Shown here piece after piece: positions 38,501 to 52,029 of a DNA stretch of 64,000 nucleotides. The stretch covers positions 91,574,001 to 91,638,000 of the forward strand of contig NC_043003.1 of assembly GCF_006345805.1 (NCBI RefSeq). The letters are read 5' to 3'. The notes beneath the pieces are model-generated. The model saw only the letters and a list, made by a program, of their open reading frames with translations. It made no database searches and had not been told where the DNA came from. The DNA is from Octopus sinensis (taxonomy: Eukaryota). Every line of letters starts with the position of its first letter. The first letter of the stretch is position 1. The translations under genes and the position numbers were made by a program.

Positions 38501-41500
38501 GAAACAAGAATTATGGTGTTTCGGGTTGTCATCCAGAAAGTGAAAGTACTGATGTCAACAAAGATCGGCGTATCTGAATGGATGTAAAATGGATGTAAAA
38601 AAGCGGTACTCAACTAAATTCGCTAATGAAATGGAACTGGGAGAATGTTTTTCCGTTTTTCTTTGAAATTGGAGGTTGAGCTATGTGAAAAGCATTAATG
38701 TCATACGGGAACATCGAAAGTATTATTAACTTTCTTGCATCATTGGAAATAATTAATTCCTAATTTAGCAGCAATGAATCAGTGTTGGAATGGTTCTGTT
38801 TAATGACTTGTCTCACATATTTAGATGGAAAAGCTTGGTAGTGTTAGACAAAATTCTTTCTTCACTCAGTCTCATATCCTGTTGTTGGGCTTTCGGCACT
38901 GGTGGACAGTTGTTGAAAGAAAACAACGTTGTTATGGAGCAGGTTGGTGTTGGTAGTGAAGCAGTAGTTAACTGGTGTAACTCTTTTAGAGTTATACGTG
39001 CTATAGCAGTAGTTAACTTGTAGTTGTGTTTTAGGGATGTATGTGCTATGTGGTAGATCAATCATCCTATACAGATTGGTGGAAATGGTTTACAAAATTT
39101 GTTAAATGTCTTCCACAGTGTTACCCTGTCTAATTCTTATATTTTAGTTTATTATTAGACAAATTAAAATAAAATAAATCAAAAGAAATTCACAAAAGCA
39201 AAATCAGATTTTACTAACACCATTTTGTTAAATTTCAGTTTTCTTTCCTTTCAAAGGAAATTCCTTCACTTTCCCTACTAAGTTTCCACCAAATGACAAT
39301 CTCTGCCACTTCAGTAGTTTCATTTTCTCAATCACAAAACAAAACTTTGTCACAAGAATTACACACCAGACCTGGGGGATATTTGTAATTTTTCAAGAAG
39401 ACCTATGATCTAAATGTTCCTACCGCAATCATCTTCTCTCCTCATCAGCCACTAGGATTACATTATCCAACCTGTCTTATTTGTTTGTTTTTTCTAAAAT
39501 GATAAGATGAAATTTTAGAAAGATTCAAATGCTTTTCTCACAAGTTCATCTAATTAGCTTTTCTTCTTTCATGTGGTACTCACTTTTTTTTATGGCAGCA
39601 TTGGAAACAGACACTAAATTATGATGATGATGACAGGTCTTGGGTAAAGGATTGTGCCTTATGACCTACGTAAACCACCCAAACCTGACCAGATCAACAT
39701 AATGTTCTTGAGCAGTTTTGATTTGTAACTGAAAAATGTGCAAGTAGGGTATTCCAAAAGGGTCAGCATTATGGAAAGGGAGGACTGAACCAAGATGGTC
39801 AATAATTGATTAAAAAAATCAATTGTTCAGAGATTCTAGCAACAACATATCTATGAAATTCAGATATATATTGACCAAAATTAAGGTTATTTCTTTTGTA
39901 GTTGTTTTTTTTCTCTATCTAGACATTGTTTTCTCAAATTGCTTTTATCTTTCAAATAATCATTCATTGTATTGGTACAAGGCTACAGTTTTCAGGGGAG
40001 AAGTTATCTTTGATTGAATTAACTTCATTATCTGTCTTGCTCTTGCTTTATTGAAATACAGCAGTGTCTCAAGTAATATAGTTGAGATAATTTAATCAAA
40101 ATCGTTTATGCATTTAGTTGACAAAATCTCTGTGTGTACATGAAATCTAAAAGTAAGCAAAAGAAACAATTTCTTGAAGATCAATCAACAGAAATTTTGA
40201 AACCTTTAAAAAATTCAGACCATACTCCTGAGATATTTTCTCTCAGCTGTAATTCCGAACAAGAACTCTTACATGACAGTTAGAGCTTTTTGGATCTCCT
40301 CACATGGGACAACACCTTGAGTACTGGTTGCATGATTCAGTGCACCCAATGCAGTGCCACCTTAAAGCATGACCTCACTGGGTAGATACCCAGGGATCCC
40401 TCAGTTCTCGGGGCCCAGTTCTAATCTATGTATGCTGTGGCTTGCTGTCAATAAGTAAATACTATAGGGTCCAGTGCATTGATTTGCACAGGGGCCTATA
40501 ATGCTGCTAAAATGATCCTGATCTAGTGCACTCTGTAAAGTGGTTTGTATCAGAAAGGGTATCCAATGTTAGAAAAAACAAGCCCAAAATAGAGAATATA
40601 TGAATATGATGTGAACTTCTCAAGCTGCATTACAAGATCCCTGTTTAAGTGGCGGTTCAAATAAGAATTGTCCAGCAACTTTACTATTCTCTGATCTGGC
40701 TCCAATAGGATCAGGAAGCTTCCACATGGTTGTAGAAACTGTGCCAGAAACATCATCATCATTTAATGTCTGTTTTCCATGCAGGCATGAGTTGGATGGT
40801 TTGACTGAAAACTGGTAAGCTGCAGTGCTGCACTAGGTTTCAATCTGATCTGGCATGGTTTCTATGGCTGGATGCCCTTCCTAATGACAACCACTCCAAG
40901 AGTGTAGTGGGTGCTTTTCACATGCCATCAGCACAGGTGCCAGTTATGAAACACCAGCATCAGCCATGACTATGACCTCACTTGGCTTGACAGGTTTTCT
41001 CAAGCACAGTATATTGCCAAAGGTCCTGGTCACATGTTACTGTGTCCGTGAGGGCCATCACTCGAAGGGTGCTTTTTACGCATGCCTTCATGATGATAAT
41101 CATCATCCTCATAATCATAAGTTGTCCATTAATAGTCATTGATGACTATTAATTGTCAACAGTCATGTGTTGTAGTACAAACATAGATTACTCTCTTTCG
41201 CTGGTTTCTGTCCTAAGCTGCTGTGGTTCAGCTGCAGGTGTCTTGTCTTGTATTTATCTTCATCCTTGTATCTAAACTGGGGGGAGGGATATAAGTACAG
41301 GAATGAAATTTGCTTAGTGGGTGTAAACCCAGGTCCAACCAAAGAGTTTTCATGCACATACACCCCCCACCTCTACCCCCCACCACTTTCTTGTACTGGT
41401 AATCAACCAAGTTTTCTTTCGATTTTTTTTTTTTTGACATGCATAAGCCAGCAAAGATTTCACTACACTTAATCACATGCTACTATATCAAACAAGATAA

Positions 41501-44500
41501 GATACATTTGTATAACAAAATTCTATTTACACTATTGCTAAAAACTAAAGATGGAATAGTCACTAGTTGAGCGCTTTCCAAAATTGGTCTGCATAATCAG
41601 GATCAACAACATATTTTTAATGTTAAAACTTACCTCTGCTTTCTATATATTTTTTTGTTTTATAAACTGAATGAAATTAAATATTCATTTTCTTTTTTAA
41701 TTAGTTAATCAAAAGAAGCTAGTAGGCATAACCTTTGTATTTTAGGCTGACTAGAAAATATATCATCACTTTAGCATCCACTTTTCTATGCTTACATGGG
41801 TGGGTAAAATTTATAGAGGTGAATTTTCTACAGCTGGATGCCCTTCCTTTCACTAACCCTCACCTGTTTCCAAGTAAGGTAATATTTCTCTATATCAGAC
41901 TTGTTTTCATGGAAGATTGAAAATGAAGAACACTTGCTTACAACTATCACATGATATCATGGTAAGGAGACTAGCACACATAAACACAGATATACAACAG
42001 GCTTCTTTCAGTTTCTGTCTACCAAATCCATTCACAAGGCTTTGGTTGGTACAAAGCCAAAATAAAAGACACTTGTTCAAAGTGCCATGCAGTGGGACTG
42101 AAGCCAAAACCATGTGGTTGAGAAGCAATCTTCTTACCCCACAGCCATGTTAATGTTTGACTTCAAGTCAAATTATACTTAGTGCAGTTGTGGTCCTACC
42201 TTCTTCCCTATCTATTCTCAGTGCCAGATAGGCTATACACTTTTGAAAATAACCACCATACTAAGATAGTGTCTGAATTTCCAAATTATTTATCTCGCTG
42301 AATTTACAGATGGCCACATCCAGTAAATTAATAATGTGTAAGTGGTACAGGACATATGAACCATTGCTTATAATGAATATACATTGGTTGACACTACTAG
42401 TTAAGGCCTGTGAATAGGAGAAAGATGAGAGATGAGATACTATGATACAAGGAAAAACAACAAACTGATATGAATAGCTCTAAACTGAATTAGCTTGCCT
42501 TTAAATAACTGTCAGAAGGTTCTAGAATTGCACATTTCTCTTAAGTTGCTGCCTCACCCATAAATAAGTCAGCCAATATTGATTAGATACTTGCTCAAGG
42601 TGCTATGCAGTGTGACTGAACACGAAACCATGTGGTTGGTAAGCAAGCTACTTACCACACAGCCACTCCTATGCATGTGTGTGTCTTTGTGTATGTGGTT
42701 TCCCCCCACCCCCACCTCTTGACAACTGGTGTTGGTGAGTTTATGTCCCTGTAACTTAGTGAGTTGGCAAAAGAGACCAATAAAATAAGTACCAGGCTTA
42801 AAAAAAAAAAGTACTGGGTTGCAAGCTGTAACAGACAAAATACTTAGATGTATTTCATCTGCTTGTATGTTCTGAGTTCAAATGTCACTGAAGTCTACTT
42901 TGCTTCTTCAGCTTTCTGGGTTGATAAAATAAGCCCCAGTCGAGCACTGGCATTGATGCATTTATAGGTACAGATGTAGCTGTGTGGTTAAAAAGCTTAC
43001 ATCCCAACCATGTGATCTTGGGTTCAGACCCACAGTACAGCACTGGAAATTCAGACAAAAAAGTGCACAGCCTATCTGGCATTGGAAACAGGTAGGGACC
43101 AAAACTGCATTAAATATAACTTGACATAAAACCAAACATTAATGTGCAGTGCTATTATCCCAGATTGATTGATGCCTTGTGAGTAGATTTGGTAGATGGA
43201 AACTGAAAGTAGCTCTCTCTCTCTCTCTCTCTCGTGTGTGTGTGTGTGCTCCTACCACCGTTTGACAACTGTTATTGGTTTATTTACATACATGCAACTT
43301 AGTTGTTTGGCAAAAGAATCCAATAGAATAAGTAATGAGTTTAAAAATATGTACTGGGGTTCATTTGTTGAACTAAACTCATCAAAGTGGTGCCCCAGCA
43401 AGGCCACAATCTAACGAGTGAAACAAATAAAAGGTAAAACATTCACATTACCATTGCTGTAAAAAAAAATCAAACTTTGCTTTGTCACTCTGACAGTTTA
43501 GTCACTTTCATTAGCACATAATTTTAAAACTTGGTCTAGTAACACAAACATATCAATTTGTTTAATTAACTTTCATTCTCTGTGACCTTATTCTTTTTTA
43601 TACCAATACCAGGTTATCAATAGACTCTATTTAAATAACATCTATTCATTTAATTTGATACGCTCCAAAAATTTTCCTCATAGGTGTAGGATGGCTGTGT
43701 GGTTAGCATGTTCACTTTGTAGCCATGTGATTTCTCATTCAGTTCCACTACATGGCACCTTGGGCAAGTGTCTTCTACTATAATCCTAGGCCAACAGATG
43801 AGTTTGGGAGAAAGAAACTATATGAAACATATCATGTATATAAATGTGCATGTGCATGTGATATCAGGTTGGAAAGGACAGTTCCATCACATTTCAAGAT
43901 GGAAAAGAAACAAATGCTTCTTTGGTGTTAATTGATACATTTAATGAAGATACCATGCAGCAACATGTAAAAGCACCTGTGTGATGCCAGTGATGCCACA
44001 TAAAAGCACTCGTGTGGTGTCATGTAAAAGCATCTAGCCATAGAAACCACGCCAATTCAAACTGGAGTCTGGTGCAGCTCCCCGGCTTGTCAGCTCTGGT
44101 CAAACCATCTAACCCATGCCAGCATGGACACCAGACGTTAAATGATGATGATAACGAGGATGATGAATGGAGATAATAATTCCTGACATTATTTGTTTTC
44201 ACATTGCTTGATAGCTGACATTGAGATCAGTTTACATCCCTGTAACTTGACAGTTCAGTAACAAAGACCAATAGAAGGAGTTATGAGGCTTTAAAAAATA
44301 AGAATTGGTGTTAATTTGTTCAACTGAAACCCCGTCAAGGCAGTGCTCCAGTATGACCTCAGTCCAATGACTGAAATAAGTAAAAGAATAAAAAAATACA
44401 GGCACACTTCAATGTTTTTATTGGAACTCTGATTATAACTTCTTCTGTTCATCAAAGAATTGAATTTGTGCTATTAAATATGAAAGTTGTAATGAAGATT

Positions 44501-44728
44501 ACATGGGACAAACAAAACTTTCTTTGAGAACCAGACTCACTATTCAAAGGCAACAAATATGAGACTCTAAAGCTTAGCATATTCTTCTGAGTGAATACTC
44601 TGACATATGAGCAGCAAACCATTTTTGTCGCTAAGGGTATGCACTGGATGATACTGCTTCCTCATATTCAATGGTTCACCCTCAAATTTACAGTGTTATA
44701 CTTATTTTGAAACTCCACTTTAGCATTA

Positions 44729-46018
44729 CGAGGGGCGTTCAATAAGTAATGCCCCTGACCCACTTCCCATAGCAGTAGAGCAACGAAACTTGGCACAGTT
44801 ATTAGTCTTTTTCTACATATGAACCACTCAGAGTTACGCATTTCTCCCATCGTTTGATGCAGCTCTAGAGACCGGTTTTGTAGAAGACCCCAGCTTGGTC
44901 CTCCAACCACGACGTGACTTCAGAAATCAAGGCTGCATCATCTGGGAAACGCTTTCCTTTCAAAAACAACATCATGGCTGGGAAGAGGTGAAAATCAGAG
45001 GGTGCAAGGTCAGGAGAGTAGGGGGATGGGGGAGGTGTTCATAGCCGCATGCCTGTGCTTCTGATCTGGCGACACGCGAGTTGTGGACCGTAGCGTTGTC
45101 CTGCAGGAGGAGGATGCCTTTGCTGATCTTGCCCTGCCTCTTGATTTTGATAGCTTCTCTTAATTTCCTCAAAAGTGAAGCATAATAGGCTCCTGTAATT
45201 GTGGTACCCTTTGCCAGAAAATCTGTCATCACTACTCCGTCCTGGTCCCAGAAGACTGTGAGTATGACCTTGCCAGCGGAGGGCTGCACCCTTGCCTTCT
45301 TTGGAGGAGGTGAGTCACGGTGCTTCTACTGCATTGACTGGGCTTTGGTCTCTGGATCATAGTGATGGACCCAGGTTTCATCCTGTGTAATCAGACTTTT
45401 GAAAAATTTTGATTCATTTTCTTGGCACATCTCCAATTCATCCTCGAGCACTCGACGCGTTCTTGCTTCTGGAAAGGTGTGAGCAACCTGGGAATCCATC
45501 TGGCAGACACCTTTTGCATATGCAAATGGTCATGAATGATAGTTTCCACAGACCTGGTACTAATCTTGACCTAATGGGCTATTTGGCGAATAGTTATGCG
45601 TCGATCTTCCAAAATGGCAGCCTCAACTTGATGGACAGATGCCTCATCAATGGCAGAAGGGGGCGACCAGATCTGGGAGCTGTTTCCACAGAGTTCCGAC
45701 CATGTTTGAATTCACGATGCCAGCATTTTACAAGGTCATATGATGGAGCATCATCACCATAAGTTACTTTCATTTCATCGAAAGTCTCCCATGGTGTGCG
45801 TCCTTTCAAATACAAAAACCAGATCACTGCTCGACACTCAACAGGCTCCATTTCACACTTGACTCAGTTCAAACACCTGTGAAGCAGAAACCACAATTAA
45901 TTCAGAGCTGTAATTTGCCACTTAATCTATAGAGATATAGATAATTGCACATGCAAAATTTCAGCTAGATCAAACAACTGCAAGTGGGTCAGGGGCATTA
46001 CTTATTGAACGTCCCTCG
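44729..46018 (-). mobile_element. Mariner (D,D34D) transposon copy A, 1290 bp, defective transposase at 45851..44802
   Basis: 37-bp TIRs CGAGGG(G/A)CGTTCAATAAGTAATGCCCCTGACCCACTT; TA TSD at 44727-28 and 46019-20; motifs RSGRP, WIP, DETWV, QDNA, (Y)SPDLAP(S)DF. Confidence 0.97.
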
Positions 46019-47481
46019 TATTACAAATTAGTGCCTAATTGTAGTCTTGCAAATTGTAGTCTTGCAAGCTGCATGGTGATGTCAACAGCGCTGGTAGCAA
46101 GTAAAAAGTATCCAGTACATTCTGTAAAGTGGTTGGTGTTAGGAATGACAACCAACCATGGCAAACATGTCAAAGCAGACATTGGAGTACAATGCAATCC
46201 TTGAACCTATTGAATCCTGTTAAACTGTCCAACCCAACCCAAGCATGGAATGTGGATAATATTGATATATGAGATGGACATCTTTCAGTTTCTGTCTACT
46301 GAATTAACTCATAATATTTTGGTTGGCCCTCAGCCATAGTAAAGGACATTAGGCAAGGTGCCATGCAATGGGATTGAACCCCAAATCATGTTACTGGGAA
46401 GCAAACTTCTTAACCACACAACCTCACCTATACCCAACCATACCTGTGCATCGCATTCTCAATTACACAAGAGAAGGCCTGTCATTCCATCCTCTAAAAT
46501 TACATATACTTTGTTTCTCATATTTACTATACTATTTTATCTTTAATAAATGATTTGTCAGTTAATATTTGGAGGATAGGCTTTTCTACAAATGTCTAAT
46601 ATAGTGAGACGTCCTACTTCAAATTAGGAATTAACCCTGATATTACTATATTTTTTTCTAAATACAGTTAACAATGAAAATAATGAGGAATTTGGTCAAA
46701 TAACTTTTGCTTATATTAAGCTGATATAAGGCTTAACAGAATTGTTAGCATGCCAGGAAAAATGTTTAATGTTCTGAGTACAGATTCCGCCAAGGTTGAC
46801 TTTGTCTTTCATCCTTTTGGAGTTGATAAAATAAGTACCGATGCTGGCCTTGTGCCAAAATTTGAAACCAATATTAAGCTGGTGTTTAGAACATGAAATT
46901 TAGCATGAAATTTTGATAGAAAGTTTTAATTTAAATCACTTTTAAACAGCAAATTTATAGTAGAGAATCAGAGAAGTCTCTGGCAGCTTGATATCAGATA
47001 ATGACAGATGCTATACAACTCCATTTTAAAAGCAATGAATATAGCTTATGATGCAATAATCAAATCTATAAATAAAAGAGGTAGCTAGCACTACATTTGT
47101 TTCAAAATCACATTGGATGCATCTTATGTAACATTACAAATGTCTTGTTGCTGTCCAGCATACCTTTTTGTCAGGTACATATGACTGTTTAGTTGAAAGT
47201 AGTCCACTATAATTGGCAGACTATATATATTAATCTTTTAATCTTTTACTTGTTTCAGTCATTTGACAGTGGCCATGCTGTAGCACTGTTTTGAAGGGTT
47301 TTTAGTTGAAGAAATTGACCCCAGGACTTATTGCTTGTAAGCCTAGTACTTATTCTATTGGTCCCTTTTGCCAAACTGCTAAGTTACAGGGACGTAAACA
47401 CACCAACATCATTTGTCAAGCAGTTTGAAGGTGACAAACACAGACACAAAGACACACACACATAAATATACTTATATATAT

Positions 47482-47870
47482 GAGTGGTTGTGTGGTAAGT
47501 AGCTTGCTTACCAACCACACGATCCCGGGTTTAGTCCCACTGCGTGGCACCTTGGGCAAGTGTCTTCTACTGTAGCCTCGGGCCAACCAAAGCCTTGTGA
47601 GTGGATTTGGTAGGCGGAAACTGAAAGAAGCCCGTTGTATATATGCATGTGTGTGTATATGTTTGTGTGTCTGTGTTTGTCTCCCCAACATCGCTTGACA
47701 ACCGATGCTGGTGTGTTTGTGTCCCCGTAACTTAGCGGTTCAGCAAAAGAAACCGATAGAATAAGTACTAGGCTTACAAAGAATAAGTCCTGGGGTCAGT
47801 TTGCTTGACTAAAGATGGTGCTCCAGCATGGCCACAGTCAAATGACTGAAACAAGTAAAAAAAGAGTAAA
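47482..47870 (+). mobile_element. ~390-nt tRNA-derived SINE (family B) with internal microsatellite and (TAAAAGAG)-type tail
   Basis: A-box TGGTTGTGTGGTAAG, B-box-like GGGTTTAGTCCC, CORE-like ACCTTGGGCAAGTGTCTT. Same architecture at 57313-57680 (+), and on the minus strand at ~48870-49358, 49520-51190 (split by mariner B) and 56480-56870; many head-only fragments. Confidence 0.85.
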
Positions 47871-49024
47871 AGAGTATATATATATATATATATATATATA
47901 TGACAGGATTCTTTCAGTTTCCGTCTACCAAATCCACTCACAAAGCTTTGGTCAGCTTGAGGCTATAGTAGAAGACACTTACCTAAGATGCCATGCAGTG
48001 GGACTGAACTCAAAACCATGTGGTTGGGAAGCAAGCTTCTTACCACACACACACACACACAGAATCAGCTCCAGTACAACTAGGAGAGAGATTTCAGATG
48101 CCACCTTGCCACCTCCTAAGGCCTCATGGACAACACTACAGTCCTTTCCACAAAAGGGGACGAAACACACAGGATGCTGAAAGAGTTGGACAAAGTAGCT
48201 GCATCTTTCAGAATTAAGTTCAAACCAAAGAAATCCTAGAGCTTCTTTCTGCAGAAAGGAAAGCTAGCAGAAACAGTTGTGTTCACTGTAGCCAACCAAA
48301 ATATCCCAATTAGTGGCAGAGGAACCAATCAAAAGCCTTGGAAGGGGAACTGAAACCAAACAAATGGTGGTAAAAGATCTACTAGTCATAGAGCAGTGAA
48401 GTCTCTCTCACAAATGCAAGGTTTCGTGTTTGAGTTATGTTAATCCTAAGGCAGTTTAAATGCACAAGTCTCCAGTATCCAAGTGGTTAAAAAGTGTCAG
48501 CAGAAGGGCACCCTGGAGTCATGACCTGGTTGTGTGCAGGTCCCCTTAGAGTGTAAGAAGTTAAGAACTGAAACATTTACCAGAGTGGGTTTTTTTCCTT
48601 GAAGACCTACTATTCAACTCTCTTGAGAGTTTCTTACCACTGTAAGAGTTATTGGTAAGGGATTATCAATCCAGGCAAAATACTTCATAAGCTCTCAGCA
48701 CACCAGTATAACAATATTGTGGCACTATTCTTAGTGTTTCCCTTCCAAATCATCACTTGTCTTCCCATGTCCTCTTTATCTCTCTTCCACTTGCTTCTTT
48801 CCCTCCCACTCCCTCCCCCATGTCTTTACCATTCCTTCAGTGTTCTAAAGGAGCGCTGCCTTTAGTCTAGCAAATCGACTCCAGTACTTACTCTTTGTAA
48901 GCCTTGTACTTATTCTATCGGTCTCTTTTGCTGAACCGCTAAGTTCCGGGCTGTAAACACATCAGCATCAGTTGTCAAGCGATGTTGGGGAGACAAATAC
49001 AGACACACAAACATACAAACACAC

Positions 49025-49033
49025 ATACATATA

Positions 49034-49118
<85 letters not shown>

Positions 49119-49136
49119 ATATATATATTATATATA

Positions 49137-49187
<51 letters not shown>

Positions 49188-49200
49188 TACATATATATAC
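49025..49200. repeat. Long (TA)n microsatellite; others at 17066-17122 (TA) and 51197-51302 (TA then GA)
   Basis: Direct inspection. Confidence 0.95.
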
Positions 49201-49822
49201 AATGGGCTTCTTTCAGTTTCCATCTACCAAATCCACTCACAAGGCTTTGGTCCGCCTGAGGTTATAGTAGAAGACACTTGCTCAAGATGCTATGCAGTGG
49301 GACTGAACCCGGAACCATTGTGGTTAGTTAGCAAGCTACTTACCACACAGCCACTCCAGAAGTCATTATTGGTTTGTTACTGACAGCTTTACTCAGTTGG
49401 TCTATTGATCAGTTGAGAAAAGTTGAACGACCTGAAAAATGAATGCAACTTTTGTCAGAGCCATTTCTGATTATAACAAAGAACATATATATACATATAC
49501 ATATATATGTATATATTCTTTATTCTTTTACTTGTTTCAATCATCTGACTGCAGCCATGCTGGAGCACCACCTTGAAGGGTTATGCTAAAAAAAATCAAC
49601 CCTGGTGCTTATTTTTATGCCTAGTACTTATTCTATTGGTCTCTTTTGCCAAACTGCTAAGTTACAGGGATGTAAACACACCAACACTAGTTGTCAAGAG
49701 GTAATTGGGGGGGGACACAGACACATGTGTATAGATACATACATATATACAAATATATGATGGGCTTCTTTCAGTTTCCATCTACCAAATACACTCACAA
49801 GGCTTTGGTTTGCCTGAGGCTA

Positions 49823-51100
49823 CGAGGGACGTTCAATAAGTAATGCCCCTGACCCACTTGCAGTTGATTGATCTTGCTGAAATTTTGCATGTGCAATTAT
49901 TCATATCTCTATAGATTATATGGTGAATTACAGCTCTGAACTAATTGTGGTTTCTGCTTCACAGGTGTTTGAACTGAGTCAAGTGTGAAATGGAGCCTGT
50001 TGAGTGTCGAGCAGTGATCCGTTTTTTGTATTTGAAAGGACGCACACCATGGGAGATTTTTGATGAAATGAAAGTAACTTATGGTGATGATGCTCCATCA
50101 TATGACCTTGTAAAACGCTGGCATCGTGAATTCAAACATGGTCGGAACTCTGTGGAAAAGGCACCCAGATCTGGTCGCCCCCTTCTGCCATTGATGAGGC
50201 ATCTGTCCGTCAAGTTGAGGCTGCCATTTTGGAAGATCGACGCATAACTATTCGCCAAATAGCCCATTAGGTCAAGATTAGTACCGGGTCTGTGGAAACT
50301 ATCATTCATGACCCTTTGCATATGCAAAGGTTGTCTTCCAGATGGATTCCCAGGTTGTTCACACCTTTTCAGAAGCAAGAACGTGTTGAGTGCTCGAGGA
50401 TGAATTTGGAGATGTGCCAAGAAGATGAGTCAAAGTTTTTCAAAAGACTGATTGCACAGGATGAAATCTGGGTCAATCACTATGATCCAGAGACCAAAGC
50501 CCAGTCAATGCAAGGGAAGCACTGTGACTCACCTCCTCCAAAGAAGGCAAGAGTGCAGCCCTCCGCTGGCAAGGACACACTCACAGTCTTCTGGGACCAG
50601 GATGGAGTAGTGATGACAGATTTCCTGGCAAAGTGTACCACAATTATGCTTCATTTTTGAGGAAATTAAGAGAAGCTATCAAAATCAAGAGGCTGGGCAA
50701 GATCAGCAAAGGCATCCTCCTCCTGCAGGACAACGCTCCGGTCCACAACTTGCGTGTCGCCAGATCAGAAGCACAGGCGTGCGGCTATGATCTCCTCCCC
50801 CATACCCCTACTCTCTTGACCTTGCACCCTCTGATTTTCACCTCTTCCCAGCCATGAAGTTGTTTTTGAAAGGAAAACGATTCCCAGGTGATGCAGCCTT
50901 GATTTCTGAAGTCACGTCGTGGTTGGAGGACCAAGCTGGGGTCTTCTACAAAAACGGTCTTCAGAGCTGCATCAAACGATGGGAGAAATGCGTAACTCTG
51001 GGTGCTTACTATGCAGGAAAAGACTAATAACTGTGCCAAGTTTCGTTGCTCTACTGCTATGGGAAGTGGGTCAGGGGCATTACTTATTGAACGCCCCTCG
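49823..51100 (+). mobile_element. Mariner transposon copy B, 1278 bp, defective transposase at 49990..51027, inserted into a SINE
   Basis: Same TIRs; TA TSD at 49821-22 and 51101-02; flanks rejoin as SINE sequence (GAGGC TA TAATAGAAGATACTTGCC); extra ~13-nt deletion near 50645. Confidence 0.97.
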
Positions 51101-51194
51101 TATAATAGAAGATACTTGCCCATGGTACCATGTAGCGGGACTGAACCCGGAACCATGTGGTTGGGAAGCAAGCTTCTTACCATACATCCGTGAT

Positions 51195-51305
<111 letters not shown>

Positions 51306-51990
51306 ATTGGAGATTTGGTTCTGAAATTATTTAGTAAATAATTTCAGAAGCAGCTCTCCAATGTTGTTTTTTTCCTATATATACTCTGTGATCTTTGTAA
51401 CTATGGCAACCAGTAGAAGGAATGGTGAACAATATGAATGTATGTGTGTGTAAGTGTGTGTGTTTTTTTTATTGATTTGTGAGGAGGTTTTTCTTATCTC
51501 ACAAATATGACAACAAACCTAAACCAAAACATACATCAGAGAAACAATACAGAGATAAACTCAAGTATTAGATAACTTCTGTGTTGCCTCATTTATTTGT
51601 GATAAACATATATACAAGTGTACTACTGTTGTTGTGTGTAGCTGAACTTAACTTGTTCATAGGTTTGGCTTAACTACTCCAATCAATACTCAAGCTTTAT
51701 TCTTTTATTCTTTTACTTGTTTCAATATTTTGACTGCCGCCTGCTGGAGCACTGCTTTAAAGGAGTTTAGTCAAAGAAATCGACCCCAGAACTTATTCTT
51801 TGTAAGCGTGGTACTTATTCTGTGGGTCTTTTTTTTCCAAACTGTTAAGTTATGAGGACATAAACACACCAGCATCAGTTATCAAGAGATTGTAGGGGGA
51901 CTAACACAGATTCTCACACATAAATACACACATATACATATATACATACATACACACACACACACACATATATATGTATGTATGTATGTA

Positions 51991-52029
<39 letters not shown>

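Noticed and set aside
40140-40283. Short protein-like ORF MKSKSKQKKQFLEDQ...
   Set aside because: 47 codons, no recognisable homology and no convincing splice donor; cannot be supported.
47482-47560. tRNA gene or CRISPR-like calls for recurring repeats
   Set aside because: The tRNA-like parts are SINE heads lacking a full cloverleaf and running into SINE bodies; the repeats are dispersed, not regularly interspaced, and the DNA is eukaryotic.
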